Assembly: GCA_973895155.1 (NCBI GenBank)
Contig: OZ316895.1
Location: 17,811,437 to 17,875,436, forward strand
Direction of reading: 5' to 3'
Source of the DNA: Marsupella aquatica
Taxonomy: Eukaryota > Plantae > Marchantiophyta
DNA length: 64,000 bases
This document shows positions 1 through 12,513 of the stretch, piece after piece. The position numbers were made by a program, and so were the translations under genes. Position 1 is the stretch's first letter, and every line of letters begins with the position of its first letter. Below the pieces are notes generated by a model. It was not told the DNA's origin, did no database searches, and was given only the letters and a program-made list of their open reading frames with translations.

Positions 1-1026
1 AACCAACTCCTGATTGAAGAAACAGGCTACCTTCCGGGCCATGAACTCCCCGGTATCCCGGGAAATTTGATGAGAGAAATCTCCCAGAAGCCCGTTCAGA
101 AACGTACCCTGTACGAAGAGTTCCGGGTGGTCCAAGTTGTGCCTGTCCGGATTTGGGCACGGGCAGACATCAACACGCGCAGGGGCCGGGGCAGTGACGT
201 CCAGCCCTGGGGACATAACGTTGGAAGGGGCTGGAGTGTCCTCCTACAGCGATGTCCGGTTCTCCGGAATTGCCACCGGCGGGTCCTTGGGAGACCCGGG
301 TTCGGGTAAGACCTCTACCGTACCAACTTCTGTACTTAGCCCGGCTAGTTGGGTCGCATCAACGGTTGCGACGACCGACCCCTCCGGCGCCTCCTCGGTT
401 ACGATTACATCTATTTGTGGAGGTGGGGTGGGTGAAGCTGGCGTGTCCACTGGACTTCGGGCCTCGGGTTGGGGCCGTCTCTCCAATGCCGGAAAAACCC
501 ACCTAGCTGGGACCAGCTTTGTAACGTTGATGCGGGGAAGGGTTCGTCGATCAAACCGGGTGTACCACTCAAGAATGATTTCGATGTGGCTAGCCAAATA
601 CGCCTTCCTGCCAATGTACAGCGTCTTCCTTCGCCGCTCCATCTCTTCATGGAATTTCTTAGCGAAGTACGACGCCCATTTCCTAGGTCGATAGTTCTCG
701 ACCTGGATAACCTGGGCGGCGGAGATCTCCCCCCGGGGTTCCATCATGTGGAGAGCGTATCTCTGGAACTCCAGCCGCTCAGCTATCTCGGGCATGAGGC
801 AGGTCCTCATCACGAACCCGTTGTCTACTGATCCCTCTGAGGGAAAACTTGAAGATTGGTACTTGGCCCCCTTGCCCCCGGGAGCCCGTGATTCGACTCG
901 ATGGTCACCTTCGGGTAACCCGAAGATCATCTTGAGCTGTTCTTCTGTGAGGGACATATTCCTTCCCCGCAGCCGAGTCTGTTGACGTACGTCGTCATAA
1001 TTCTTGACGAATTCTGTCATGTCCTC

Positions 1027-3031
1027 TGTAGTATTGTACTAAGGACATAAATCAACATTTAATGTCCAAAACTCGGTATTCGATCCCATGGAAGAACAAG
1101 AAAGGAATGATTTTCTATCGTTTAATACTTATGAATGACTAAAGTCACAAAAAACACAGGTTTGAGCCTTTTACTATGATTGCTCAGCAAGGCATAGATT
1201 TGAATGTTTACTTAACATTGTAAATGCAATTAATAAAATGGAAACAAATAACAAAACACAATGAAATCTTGAGGTATGATGAGGGAGTCTGGAAAACACC
1301 AAGGTAACTTCTCATCAATACTTCATTTGATGTGATTTGGGTGGTATATCCGTAAGAACATTTTTGGAATGGATTACTGTACTAGGATGATTACTAAAAT
1401 GCCGTCAACACGTCTCAACTTTTCCTTCCAAAGGTACTCAGAAGAAACTAGTAATCAATCACTTCGATATCCAGTCGGTACTCTGAGTCACGAATAATAA
1501 ACACCATCATGATCAAATTGAAGTCACAGGTAATTGGTGAGTAACAATCTTTGCATCCGTGCACAAGCAATGTCATGCCAAAAACTATGCATCAAGAACT
1601 CAAGAAGATGGGTTGTCACCACTTAAGGAATCTATTCCCTCATACTTCTGAGATTCAACTTCATACAAGTAATTTTACTTCAATGATCTAAACTCTCAAT
1701 CATTCAGACCAAGGAAGGGAGAAGAATTCCTTTGTATTTGCAAGCAAAGGTGATTCCAGTCTGCAGCACATGCCACAGGCACTACTTTATTTCTTCACAC
1801 TTGAAAATGACACAAATTCTACTTCATATAGGCTAGCAGGAACCCAAGGAGACTGAGATACTGAAAGGACATGCCCTTTCATATCTAAAGGGTCTTGAAT
1901 AAACTTAATGACGGTCATCCTTGAAAAGTGAATGGACACTGCTGAAAGTGTCAAAAATGCAGGGGACGCTTCAGAAAGCGTCGAGGTTTGAGCGGACGCT
2001 TTGCAAAGCGTCGGTGTTTGCGGTAAAACTAATAAACAGTGATTTTAATCTAATTTTGACTTCTAAACTAAGAGTCGGAATGAGTTGAAACTTTTATAGG
2101 GTACTCTACTACATATAGTCTATATGCTGGAAAAGTTTCAGACTTTTCTGAGACTTCTAAGTGCCTCAAATAAATCGGTAAAAGTGGCGCGGTGTTATAA
2201 AAGTGCGAAAACTGAAAATGTTTCTAAGTGTCGGGAGCATAGTGGACGCTTCAGAAAGCGTCCAAAACTACAAAGGACTTTTATGGACGCTTCAGAAAGC
2301 GTCGGCTGAATTTTGAGGCTTGGTCGCAGCGTCCGTCTTCTGGGCTCCGGGCGGGACGCTTCAGTGGGCGTCACAGTGTCGAAGTCACCTTCGGGGTAGC
2401 AGACGTTTCTGTGGGCGTCGCTCCTCATGTGGATTGTAGAGCATCGGAGTACAACTGGTTAGGTGGTGGACGCTTCAGAAAGCGTCGTGGTCTTTGGGTG
2501 GACGCTTTCTGAAGCGTCCACAAATACAAGGGACGCTTCACAAAGCGTCGGCGAAGTCGCGGCTATGCAAAAAACAGTAAAACTAAATAATTCTAACTTT
2601 CAAAACACATGTCGGTTTGAGATGAAACTTGCAGGGATGATTCTACTACGCAACTACTACCTCCTGAAAAAGTATGAGACTTTTTTGACCACTTTAGCTA
2701 TTTAACTAAAATAGCAGAGATCGGCTGATTGTGATAATTATATACAGAGCTCATTCTTGTTGAAAAAGTGTTTTGGAGGCCGGTTCTTGAATCTTCTAGT
2801 CTGCATTGCTTCTCCAATGATGTCCAGTCTTCTTTCTTGGTAGCATGTAAAGAGCAAGGATTTATATTCGCGATCCTTGTCCAATACAATAGCCTCCGAT
2901 GAAGCATAACATTAGGTTAAGTGTTCAGTTGATCTAAATTGCTATAAAAGGTAACTAGATTGTACCTTGAGTTAGAAAAAGTTTAAAATTTATAAAATTT
3001 CCATCATTTCTAACTAATGTACAGCATTACA
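1027..3031 (-). repeat. 3' LTR of nested element (2005 bp)
   Basis: TGTAGTATTG...AGCATTACA. Matches 5985-7990 with roughly 15 substitutions and one indel by eye. Confidence 0.95.
1935..2549. repeat. Array of 18-bp palindromes GACGCTT-N4-AAGCGTC in the nested LTR (second copy at ~6893-7507)
   Basis: Copies at 1965, 1995, 2245, 2286, 2355, 2402, 2469, 2501 and 2532, plus a CpG-decayed variant at 1935. Confidence 0.85.
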
Positions 3032-3044
3032 TAACTCCCCCCTC
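3032..3044 (-). other. Polypurine tract of nested element
   Basis: GAGGGGGGAGTTA on the - strand immediately before the 3' LTR. Confidence 0.85.
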
Positions 3045-3120
3045 AAACTGCGCCGTGCCCTCACAAGCCTTTCTGAAGTCTTCCACCAAAACTAAATCGC
3101 CTTTGAAATGCACATTGGTT

Positions 3121-3921
3121 TCAAGTGTGTATTAAGTTGGACACTTGACTAGATAATTTGTTAATCAACTTGTATACTTGCTTAACTTTTGGTGAAATTG
3201 TGGAAATATCTGGTACAGTGTGCTTCTTTTTCTTGGTTTTTGCTTTTTCAGATTCAGAACTAGAGCTGGCTTCACTTGAATTGGTGTCAGAATTGGTGTT
3301 AGATGTTGATGATTCTTCCTCAGAATTAGTGGTGCTACTATTCTCATCATGTGAAGTTGAAGTGGACTCTGGTTTCTTTGTCTTCTTCTTTTTGTTTTTA
3401 GTCTTCTTATAACTTTTTCCTTTCCTCTGAGCAACCTCTGCATCCACATATTTCTGTGCAGCCTCTTGAGCTTCTTCTAAGGTAGTGCCACCTTCTCGTC
3501 TAACATACATTCCAAGATTCTTGGGCAGCCCATTGATATACCAATCTTTCACCGTTGACTTGGAAGTTGTTGGATTATACTGATCCACAAGATCTAATAA
3601 CTTATCAGCATACTTTCGCAACGAACCATGTTTCTTCATTCTGAGTCTAGAAATTCTAGTGAAGGCCCGAGCAGAAGCACCATCCTCCTTATATTTCTCC
3701 AAAAATGCTTTTTTAACTTGATCCCAATCATTCTTATTAGCAAACCGGTCATACCATTTTTGGGCATTCCTCTTCAATAATCCTCCAAAAATTAAGGCCT
3801 TCTCTGCATCAGCATTCTGTCCATTTGAAGCTGCAGATGCTTCAAATTCTTTTAAATATAACTCTGCATCTTCTTTAGATGTACCCATAAATTTATCATA
3901 TCGGATGTTGTTCCGGGCCAT
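3121..3921 (-). CDS. Intact retrotransposon Gag capsid-like protein lacking zinc knuckles
   Basis: KFMGTSKEDAELYLKEFE...LLKRNAQKWY...FLEKY...WYINGLP aligns by eye with the Gag at 12514-15471, including the K-rich and S-rich tail. It ends where the autonomous Gag's CCHC knuckles would begin. First ATG at 3921. Confidence 0.85.
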   Translation of the reverse strand: MARNNIRYDKFMGTSKEDAELYLKEFEASAASNGQNADAEKALIFGGLLKRNAQKWYDRFANKNDWDQVKKAFLEKYKEDGASARAFTRISRLRMKKHGSLRKYADKLLDLVDQYNPTTSKSTVKDWYINGLPKNLGMYVRREGGTTLEEAQEAAQKYVDAEVAQRKGKSYKKTKNKKKKTKKPESTSTSHDENSSTTNSEEESSTSNTNSDTNSSEASSSSESEKAKTKKKKHTVPDISTISPKVKQVYKLINKLSSQVSNLIHT

Positions 3922-4129
3922 GGTGATCAAATGAGTAGGAAGAGATAAACTAGGTGAAAGAGTGGCATTGAGCTTCAATCAGGTGGAGGAATCTTTTAGG
4001 TGCAGATGAGGCTCCTTGTTTCTTCTTCCAAATTGGTTGACTTTTCTTAGACATTCCTCATCTCGACCTTTGATCTTGCTTTACCCAAGCTAAATGTCTT
4101 CCCAGGTCACTGAATTCAAGATGTGCTTA

Positions 4130-4395
4130 AAAGAAGGGAGATGTGATTCTTGAGATCCAATTACATAAAAGTTCAGATGATAGAGGACATCACCAATTGA
4201 ATAGGTACCCGCTTAAGCTCTCCTACAGGCTTAATTAATTTCCCATTGATCCAAAACTGCGTGTAAGAAGGTAACGTGGGTGTAGGGACCAGATTATGGG
4301 ATAATCGGAGTAAAAGAATTTATCCTTAATCCTCTATCTACAGAAACATTTCTGATCACATAGCTTGCCAGCCGTACTTGAAATTTGAAGGAACT
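4130..4395 (-). pseudogene. Degenerate retrotransposon aspartic protease remnant
   Basis: Frameshifted pieces IRNVSVDRGLRINS / INGKLIKPVGELKRVPIQ / IGDVLYHLNFYVIG parallel IKMVLVDGGAGVNI / ANGARVLPLGTLTRVLTL / VGGVGFYLNFLVM of the autonomous element. Confidence 0.6.
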
Positions 4396-5957
4396 TTAAA
4401 TGGATCTGGCAATCATACTGACAGGATGCATGGTGGCTTTAATTGCGAGCATCTCTTTTCCAAGCTCAAGCTCCGGAAAGTCACCAGCTTAAGATGAAAG
4501 CAATCACCTCTCCTCCTCTCTAAAGGATGTGTCTTTTCTTGGTCAAATGCAACTTCTGGATATCAGCCTCCTTTTTCTCTCTCCAGTAGAGTTTTTGGTC
4601 CCATTTGAGGTTCTAAAGTTTGCAGACTCCTGGTAGCTCAGGGCCTCAAGGGGTGCACCTCTTGCACATTTGTGTCGGGAGATTTGAGCAGGCACGTCAG
4701 TTCAGGTCTTGGAGCTCAGAAGCGTCGAGGCGTCGGAGCATCTATGCCTTAGGGTGTCAGAGCCTCAGAGCGTCTCCTTGAATGACAACTCCTTACATCT
4801 TACTCCAGTAATACGTACGTATTAATGGTCTTGTATACTGTAGTAATACTTATCCCGTCCTCCTATTCCCTTGGATTTCACTCTGGAGCATTGCAGTAGC
4901 CAATTCTGAAATGGAAATTACCATATATCTCTCCTCGGTAATCCTTCCATTTAATCTTAGCATAACCAGATGCAAATTCAAGCCTTCCCACCACATTATG
5001 GACAGCCAATGATGAACTCCATATTTACACTTCACACTTAGAACCAAAGTTTGCACATATCTATTGCGCAAGATGGCATAAGATATTCTAGAAAAAATTC
5101 TCCAACTATTTATCTATGGCTTCTGTCACCTAATTTTCCTAACAGTCTATCAAATTGGTTGCACTTTTATCTAATTCAACTTCTCATAATTTAAGAAGTT
5201 CATGCTCTTTCTATACTATAAATTTAATTGACCAAAGTGAACTCTTAATTTTCAGCCTTTCTTCTCTACAATTATGGTAAGTTAAAGTCTATCTACACTC
5301 TCTTGATTAAATTAATCAAACTTAATCCCTCTTCTAAAAGTAACTTCTTCCTACCACAACTTAGGAAATCATGCTATATTTAAAGTACTCCTAACAATCA
5401 TATGGAGACTTTACTCAATCTCCTTTCTTAATTCCAAAGCATTGCTCTTTAAGCACCTTTAAGCCTCTTCTTCTTAGCCTTAATTTTTCTCCTTCCTCTC
5501 ATAACAAGGAGAACTCCTTCTCGAATTACCTCTGCAAATGCAGCTGGTGCATCTGCGAAAGTGTAAGGTCGAGCTTCCAAAACTTGAATTGACCATTCTT
5601 CACATGTATCCATAAGGAATATTTCTTTCTGTAATTTCTCAATCAATTCAATTCTGAAATCTGGCATCCACTGCCTACATATCATATTACCCCTTCTCCA
5701 AGAGATAAACAATGAAGTCTTGAGAAAGATGTCCTTTCTATAAGAGGAATGGCCTTCCCTCCTTTATCCATTCATCTTTCTCCCTTGGTTATAATAGAGT
5801 TGAAATCAGAGTAGAGATAACTTCCTCCTAAATGGAATTGGCCTAACTCCACTTACAATGGTTCCTCTCTTTCTCCCTGGCCTGAAAATCTCTCTTAAAA
5901 TCCAAGGCTTCTAATTTGGTCATTCACTGCCTAATGTCAAACCATTCCTGAATCTGT

Positions 5958-5975
5958 TCCCCGGCAGCGGCGCCA
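5958..5975 (-). other. Primer-binding site (tRNA-Asp, Athila-type)
   Basis: TGGCGCCGCTGCCGGGGA on the - strand, 9 nt inside the 5' LTR; one mismatch to the classic Athila PBS TGGCGCCGTTGCCGGGGA. Confidence 0.85.
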
Positions 5976-5984
5976 AAAATAGTA

Positions 5985-7990
5985 TGTAGTATTGTACTAA
6001 GGACATAAATCAACATTTAATGTCCAAAACTCGGTATTCGATCCCATGGAAGAACAAGAAAGGAATGATTTTCTATCGTTTAACACTTATGAATGACTAA
6101 AGTCACAAAAAACACAGGTTTGAGCCTTTTACTATGATTGCTCAGCAAGGCATAGATTTGAATGTTTACTTAACATTGTAAATGCAATTAATAAAATGAA
6201 AACAAATAACAAAACACAATGAAATCTTGAGGTATGATGAGGGAGTCTGGAAAACACCAAGGTAACTTCTCATCAATACTTTATTTGATGTGATTTGGGT
6301 GGTATATCCGTAAGAATATTTTTGGAATGGATTACTGTACTAGGATGATTACTAAAATGCCGTCAACACGTCTCAACTTTTCCTTCCAAAGGTACTCAGA
6401 AGAAACTAGTAATCAATCACTTCGATATCCAGTCGGTACTCTGAGTCACGAATAATAAACACCATCATGATCAAATTGAAGTCACAGGTAATTGGTGAGT
6501 AACAATCTTTGCATCCGTGCACAAGCAATGTCATGCCAAAAACTATGCATCAAGAACTCAAGAAGATGGGTTGTCACCACTTAAGGAATCTATTCCCTCA
6601 TACTTCTGAGATTCAACTTCATACAAGTAATTTTACTTCAATGATCTAAACTCTCAATCATTCAGACCAAGGAAGGGAGAAGAATTCCTTTGTATTTGCA
6701 AGCAAAGGTGATTCCAGTCTGCAGCACATGCCACAGGCACTACTTTATTTCTTCACACTTGAAAATGACACAAATTCTACTTCATATAGGCTAGCAGGAA
6801 CCCAAGGAGACTGAGATACTGAAAGGACATGCCCTTTCATATCTAAAGGGTCTTGAATAAATTTAATGACGGTCATCCTTGAAAAGTGAATGGACACTGC
6901 TGAAAGTGTCAAAAATGCAGGGGACGCTTCAGAAAGCGTCGAGGTTTGAGCGGACGCTTTGCAAAGCGTCGGTGTTTGCGGTAAAACTAATAAACAGTGA
7001 TTTTAATCTAATTTTGACTTCTAAACTAAGAGTCGAAATGAGTTGAAACTTTTCTAGGGTACTCTACTACATATAGTCTATATGCTGGAAAAGTTTCAGA
7101 CTTTTCTGAGACTTCTAAGTGCCTCAAATAAATCGGTAAAAGTGGCGCGGTGTTATAAAAGTGCGAAAACTGAAAATGTTTCTAAGTGTCGGGAGCATAG
7201 TGGACGCTTCAGAAAGCGTCCAAAACTACAAAGGACTTTTATGGACGCTTCAGAAAGCGTCGGCTGAATTTTGAGGCTTGGTCACAGCGTCCGTCTTCTG
7301 GGCTCCGGGCGGGACGCTTCAGTGGGCGTCACAGTGTCGAGGTCACCTTCGGGGTAGCAGACGTTTCTGTGGGCGTCGCTCCTCATGTGGATTGCAGAGC
7401 ATCGGAGTACAACTGGTTGGGTGGTGGACGCTTCAGAAAGCGTCGTGGTCTTTGGGTGGACGCTTTCTGAAGCGTCCACAAATACAAGGGACGCTTCACA
7501 AAGCGTCGGCGAAGTCGCAGCTATGCAAAAAACAGTAAAACTAAATTAATTCTAACTTTCAAAACACATGTCGGTTTGAGATGAAACTTGCAAGGATGAT
7601 TCTACTACGCAACTACTACCTCCTGAAAAAGTATGAGACTTTTCTGACCACTTTAGCTATTTAACTAAAATAGCAGAGATCGGCTGATTGTGATAATTGT
7701 ATACAGAGCTCATTCTTGTTGAAAAAGTGTTTTGGAGGCCGGTTCTTGAATCTTCTAGTCTGCATTGCTTCTCCAATGATGTCCAGTCTTCTTTCTTGGT
7801 AGCATGTAAAGAGCAAGGATTTATATTCGCGATCCTTGTCCAATACAATAGCCTCCGATGAAGCATAACATTAGGTTAAGTGTTCAGTTGATCTAAATTG
7901 CTATAAAAGGTAACTAGATTGTACCTTGAGTTAGAAAAAGTTTAAAATTTATAAAATTTCCATCATTTCTAACTAATGTACAGCATTACA
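5985..7990 (-). repeat. 5' LTR of nested element (2006 bp)
   Basis: Direct repeat of 1027-3031, adjacent to the PBS. Confidence 0.95.
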
Positions 7991-9519
7991 TCCTCCCCGT
8001 AGTACCTGCAAGTGTTCCAGGGGAGAGAGGTGAGGTGCTCAAATCCCTGAGTCTTCAGGTACACCGCATGCTTGGGATGGAGGATGTTGCTATGAACGTT
8101 TTCCCCCATGCGATGCATCGTCACCTTGGCTACGGCTACCGTGGCCAACGGTAACCCGGATGCAGTGGCGGATTCCTTCCTCTTCTTTCCCCGTGACTGA
8201 CTCGGGGAAGGTGATACTTCCCCATCCTCCCGATCGGGCCTGGGGAGTGCCACTGCGGTTGGTAATGGGCCCGGGGCGGCCACGGTCACTATGTTGTCTG
8301 TTGGGGCCGCTCCTGGGGTCAGAGCAGGGGGTGGGGACGATATAGTGTCGGCCCCCCGAGTGCTTGTTCCTCTGGGCCGCCTGGTCAAGGGTGGGGTAGC
8401 CTCGTCGTCATCGCTAAGATCCACAACGTTGATGACGGAGCGTACCTGTGCTGGCTGGGTGATAGGTGGTGGGGTTTGGCTAGGCTGCGACTGAGGCTGA
8501 GGCTGAAGCTGAAGCTGAGGTTGAGGCTGGGGTTGCATGGGCACGGGTACGGGTATGGGTCCGGCTGAGTTGGTCATGTTGGTTGATGGTCGAGTTCCCA
8601 TGAAGCTCTACAGGTGCTGGTAGAAGTTCTCCGAAGCGAGTACGGACGCCCCTGTCGAACGGTTGGTACTGGACTCGCCGTTAATGACAGCCCGAACCTG
8701 GGCAGGGATGTGGTCGAAGTGATGTCGCTGCAGGTCGATTGTACCCGGGATTTTGAAGACCTCGTCCGGAAGCCAAAGCAATGCTTCCCAGAACCCGATA
8801 TATTTGTCTCCGTTGAAGAAGTACCCAGATACCTCAGCTGGTCGGTAAAGCTCGCTCTGAGACGGGTAGTCAAAGTTAAGGACGTAGTGGTGTCGTCCTG
8901 CTAGGCGGATGGCTCTCTCGTATTCGCGTTCGATCTCGTATCGGCGCGGGTTGGCGTGTTTCAAAGAATCGGCCAAGTGCCTTCCGGTAGATAGGAACTG
9001 CGTCCAGAATCGAATGGCCGAGCTAGAGAGGATCGTGTGCGACATTCAGAGGAGATAGTAGTGGCGACCTAGAGAGAACGAGAGAGCTGGGGTTGAAGCT
9101 GGCGCGCGGACTGATGGACTCGTGCACTACAAAGGGTTGGCTCCCCTTTTATACTTTGAGGGCTTGTCGATCCCCGACGTCTCCTCGACGCCCATAGGTT
9201 GAACCGCTCACGCTTGTGGTGTACCGGCCACTCCGCCAGTCTGAGTCAGCGTGCGTCAGTGGCCGCTTCCTTAAGTTCGTTATACGGACCCGAGGGAGGG
9301 GCCCCTCCACGCTCGTAATCCGGGTGTGCGAATAGCGACCCGCCGCCAGCCCGAACCTGAAGTCCCCCTTATTGCATAATGATGTCCTACCCCTAATGAT
9401 TACCTAAATACTGTCGTTATGCTAATAATAGCGGCCTAAGACCCACCTAACACGCGTGCCGAGCGCAGTTAGACTGAATCACTCATTAACCGCCGTACCG
9501 GCGGCGTCACATAGCTCCC

Positions 9520-12486
9520 TGCTTAATTGTGAAGCGTCCTCGTGAACATCGCTATCGGCATCGTCATCTTGATGGTGGTACTTTTTTACACGATCGTAGC
9601 TGATTTGCGTGGGGAGTAAATCGCCGGCATACGTCGCAAGCTCCAAAGATCCGTTTCAGTAGATCTGATTGACAAGGAAGGGCCCCAACCACCGGGTATG
9701 CAGCTTCCCTGGAAACTGCATGTACCTACTATCGTACAGAAGGACTAGATCGCCTGCCACGACGTCGACCCTCCGTAGTCCTTTGTCGTGCTGCTTCTTC
9801 GAAGTTGCCTGTTTCTTCACGGTGTGTCGAGCTGCCAGTAGCCGTGCTTCTTCCAAGCTTCAATCTGATAAGCTCGGTCTGACAGACTTTCAGATTCAGG
9901 TAAGCGATCCCGAATGCTGACCCGTGGAGTGTGCACTTCAAATTCGATGGGCACCAACGAATGTTGGCCGAACACCAGAAAGTACGGGCTGTGACTCGTA
10001 GTAGTTTTGTAAGCTAGATTATACGAGTACACCGCCGCGTACAACTTATCATCCCAATCCGTTTTGTGCGCAGCTACAGTTTTGTTGAGGATCTTCCCAA
10101 TGATACCATTTGCTCTCTCCGCCATCCCGTTGGCTTTAGGATGATATGGGGTAGTCTTGCGGTGCTTGACTAGGTAACGCTCCGTAAGCTGGGCTACGGT
10201 GTCATTGAGGAAGTGGGTTCCATGGTCGCTTACCAATTCTAAGGGCGGTCCGAATCGGGTGAAAATCTGTTCGTATAAGAATCTGGCACTGGTTGCGGCG
10301 TCGTCCTTTACCGTAGCCCGCGCTTCGACCCATTTGGTGGAGTAATCAATAGCTAATAGGATGTACCTGCACCTTTGCCTTCGGGTAACGGGAGTGAATG
10401 GTCCGATATAATCAATTCCCCATTTTTCGAATGGTGCCAATGGAAGCACAGATGTGAGCGGGTGATGATGAGCCCGCCTCGGGGCCCCCGCTCGCTGACA
10501 CAAGTCACAGCCCTTAATGAAGCGCTGTACATCCCGATGCAACGTAGGCCACCAATACCCCGAGTCCAAAATCTTTCGGGCTGTCGTAACTGCCGCGAAA
10601 TGGCCTCCAGCTTCTTCTTCATGCAGGGCCCGTATCACGATAAGTGTCTCCTTATACTCTAAGCAGCATCGTAACTTTCCGTTAATACCTTCCTTATGTA
10701 GGTGACCCTGTATCATGACGTAAGGCCCGGCCTTCCGTAAAAACACAGCGGCGGCCTCCTGATTGATGCCGTCAGGGATGCGGCCCGTTAAAAGGAAGGT
10801 GATTATTGAGCCGTACCACGTTGGTGTCCCTTCCCCCACGTGGAACAACTCCTCATCCGGAAAAATATCATCAATTGGCTGATCGACTGGTACGCCGTCC
10901 AGTCGTGAAAAGAAATCGGCATTGAGGTGTACCCTTCCTGGCCGAACCCGAACTTCGTAATTAAATTCCTGGAGAAGTAGCACCCACCGGGCTATCCGTC
11001 CTGTCACATCCGCTTTGTTGACCATGTACTTCAGGTTATCATGATCCGTGTGGAAAATGACTTTGTAGCCTAGCAGATAGTGTCGGAACTTTTTACACGA
11101 GTAGATTATTCCCAAAGCTTCTCGATCAGTGGGGGAATAATTCTTTTCGGCTGCAAATAGTTGACGGCTAGCGAAATAGATGGGGTGATCACGTCCATCC
11201 TCATCTAGCTGACTAAGTACGGATCCGATACAGAACCCTGACACATTGACATACACGTGGAACTCCTTATTCCAGTCTGGGGTGACCATGATAGGCGCGG
11301 TGGTGAGTCGTTTACGGAGTTCCTCAAAAGCAATCCGTCTACGGGGTGTCTCCTCGACCGCTGCGTCCTTCTTCATCATCTCAGTTAAGGGCAACGCAAT
11401 TTTAGCAAAGTCTTTAATGAACCGGCGGTAATACCCTACGCAGCCCAAGAAGGATCGTACTGCTTTTTGATCCAAGGGGAACACCACCGCCATCCAGGCC
11501 GCAACTTTCTCTTGGTCCACCTCAATGCCCCGTTTGGACACACGATGCCCGAGTAACACCCCCTCCTCTACCCCAAAGAAGCATTTGGCGGGATGTAGTT
11601 TGAGGTTAACATCTCGGCATCGTTGCAACGTTCGTCGTAGGTGTTCGGGGTGCATGGCAACGGTTCCGAAGATGGCAAAGTCATCGATAAATATCTCCAA
11701 AAATTCCCGTAGGAAATCGTGGAAGATATTCATCATAAGGCGCTGAAACATAGCCGGGGCGTTACACAGACCAAAAGGCATCCTCCGAAATGCGAACGTC
11801 CCCCACTCCGTAGTGAAAGTTGTTTTGAGCTGATCCGCGAGACGAATCCAGATTTGGTTATAACCTGAATACCCGTCAAGAAATGTATAGATTTCATTTC
11901 GGGCCACCATATCTAGAACCATATCCGTGAATGGTAATGGGTAATGGTCTTTTCGGGTTGCGTCATTCAGCTTACGGTAGTCCTGACAGATATGAATCTT
12001 AGGTTTTCCATCCGTACCTCCCTTCTTTGGTACAATGACAATGGGAGAGACCCAGTCGCTGGCCATTACCGGGTAAATGATATCGGCGGCGAGGAGACGA
12101 TCAATTTCCTCCTTCACTAAGATGGAGTACCTCGGATTCATGCGACGTTGTCGCTGTTGTACCGCATGGGCTCCTAGGTTCAGATCGATTGTGTGTTCTC
12201 CCAACTCGGGGGAGACGCCTGTTAAATCATGATGACTCCATGCAAACACATCTTCATATTCCTTGAGCAAAGCTTGGATGGATTTTTCAGCCTTCCCCGT
12301 CAGAGCGTGGCCCAAGTTAAAAGATTTGTCCATCCCAATAGTGTACTTCCGGTAGTGTTCCTTCCTGATGACTTCAACCTGGTTTTGCAGACTCGGGTCC
12401 AGGCTCGCGTCAAGCTCAGCTAACCGAACCCCTCCGTACATGGGTGGGACCGGGATTGGTCTCGGGATGGGGTTTACGTCCTCCAA
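9520..12486 (-). pseudogene. pol: Gypsy pol: reverse transcriptase, RNase H, integrase (defective)
   Basis: RT motifs ICQDYRKLN, LDGYSGYNQI, MPFGLCNAP, FIDDF; RNase H FHVYVNVS (D>N); integrase HHCC (H..GH..CDLC), WGIDYIGP, SDHGTHF, AERAN; GPF motif (WLGPF). Frameshift near 9850 and a stop at 9656. Confidence 0.93.
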
Positions 12487-12513
12487 TTGCGGAATGGACG
12501 GATCCCATGAGAC

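Larger units (their letters stand above)
1027..7990 (-). mobile_element. Non-autonomous Gag-only LTR retrotransposon (TR-GAG/LARD-like) nested in the gypsy 3' LTR
   Basis: TG...CA LTRs at 1027-3031 and 5985-7990; 5-bp TSD TCCTC at 1022-1026 and 7991-7995; the empty site is seen intact in the other host LTR at ~18095; no RT/RH/INT inside. Confidence 0.95.
244..9045 (-). pseudogene. 3'-LTR copy of the LTR-encoded ORF, disrupted by the nested insertion and a CAG>TAG stop
   Basis: ORF pieces 8608-9045, 7991-8601 and 244-1020 join to give the protein of 17317-19143. The stop at 8608-8610 corresponds to Q in the intact copy. Confidence 0.88.
1..9511 (-). repeat. 3' LTR of the gypsy element (truncated by window edge; interrupted by nested element 1027-7990)
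   Basis: 1-1026 and 7996-9511 match 17074-19539 (about 9 substitutions counted by eye in the first ~1 kb). Ends ...GGCGTCACA at 9511 and is followed by TAGCTCCCTGCTT (PPT-like AAGCAGGGAGCTA on the - strand). Confidence 0.9.

Noticed and set aside
67-985. Plus-strand ORFs overlapping the LTR ORF (also 17032-18058 and 13306-15483)
   Set aside because: Antisense shadows of GC-rich coding sequence with no recognisable motifs.
1935-2549. CRISPR-like appearance of palindromic repeats with variable spacers
   Set aside because: Spacing is irregular (12 to >200 nt), the repeats are only 18 bp, they lie inside a plant LTR and no cas genes are present.
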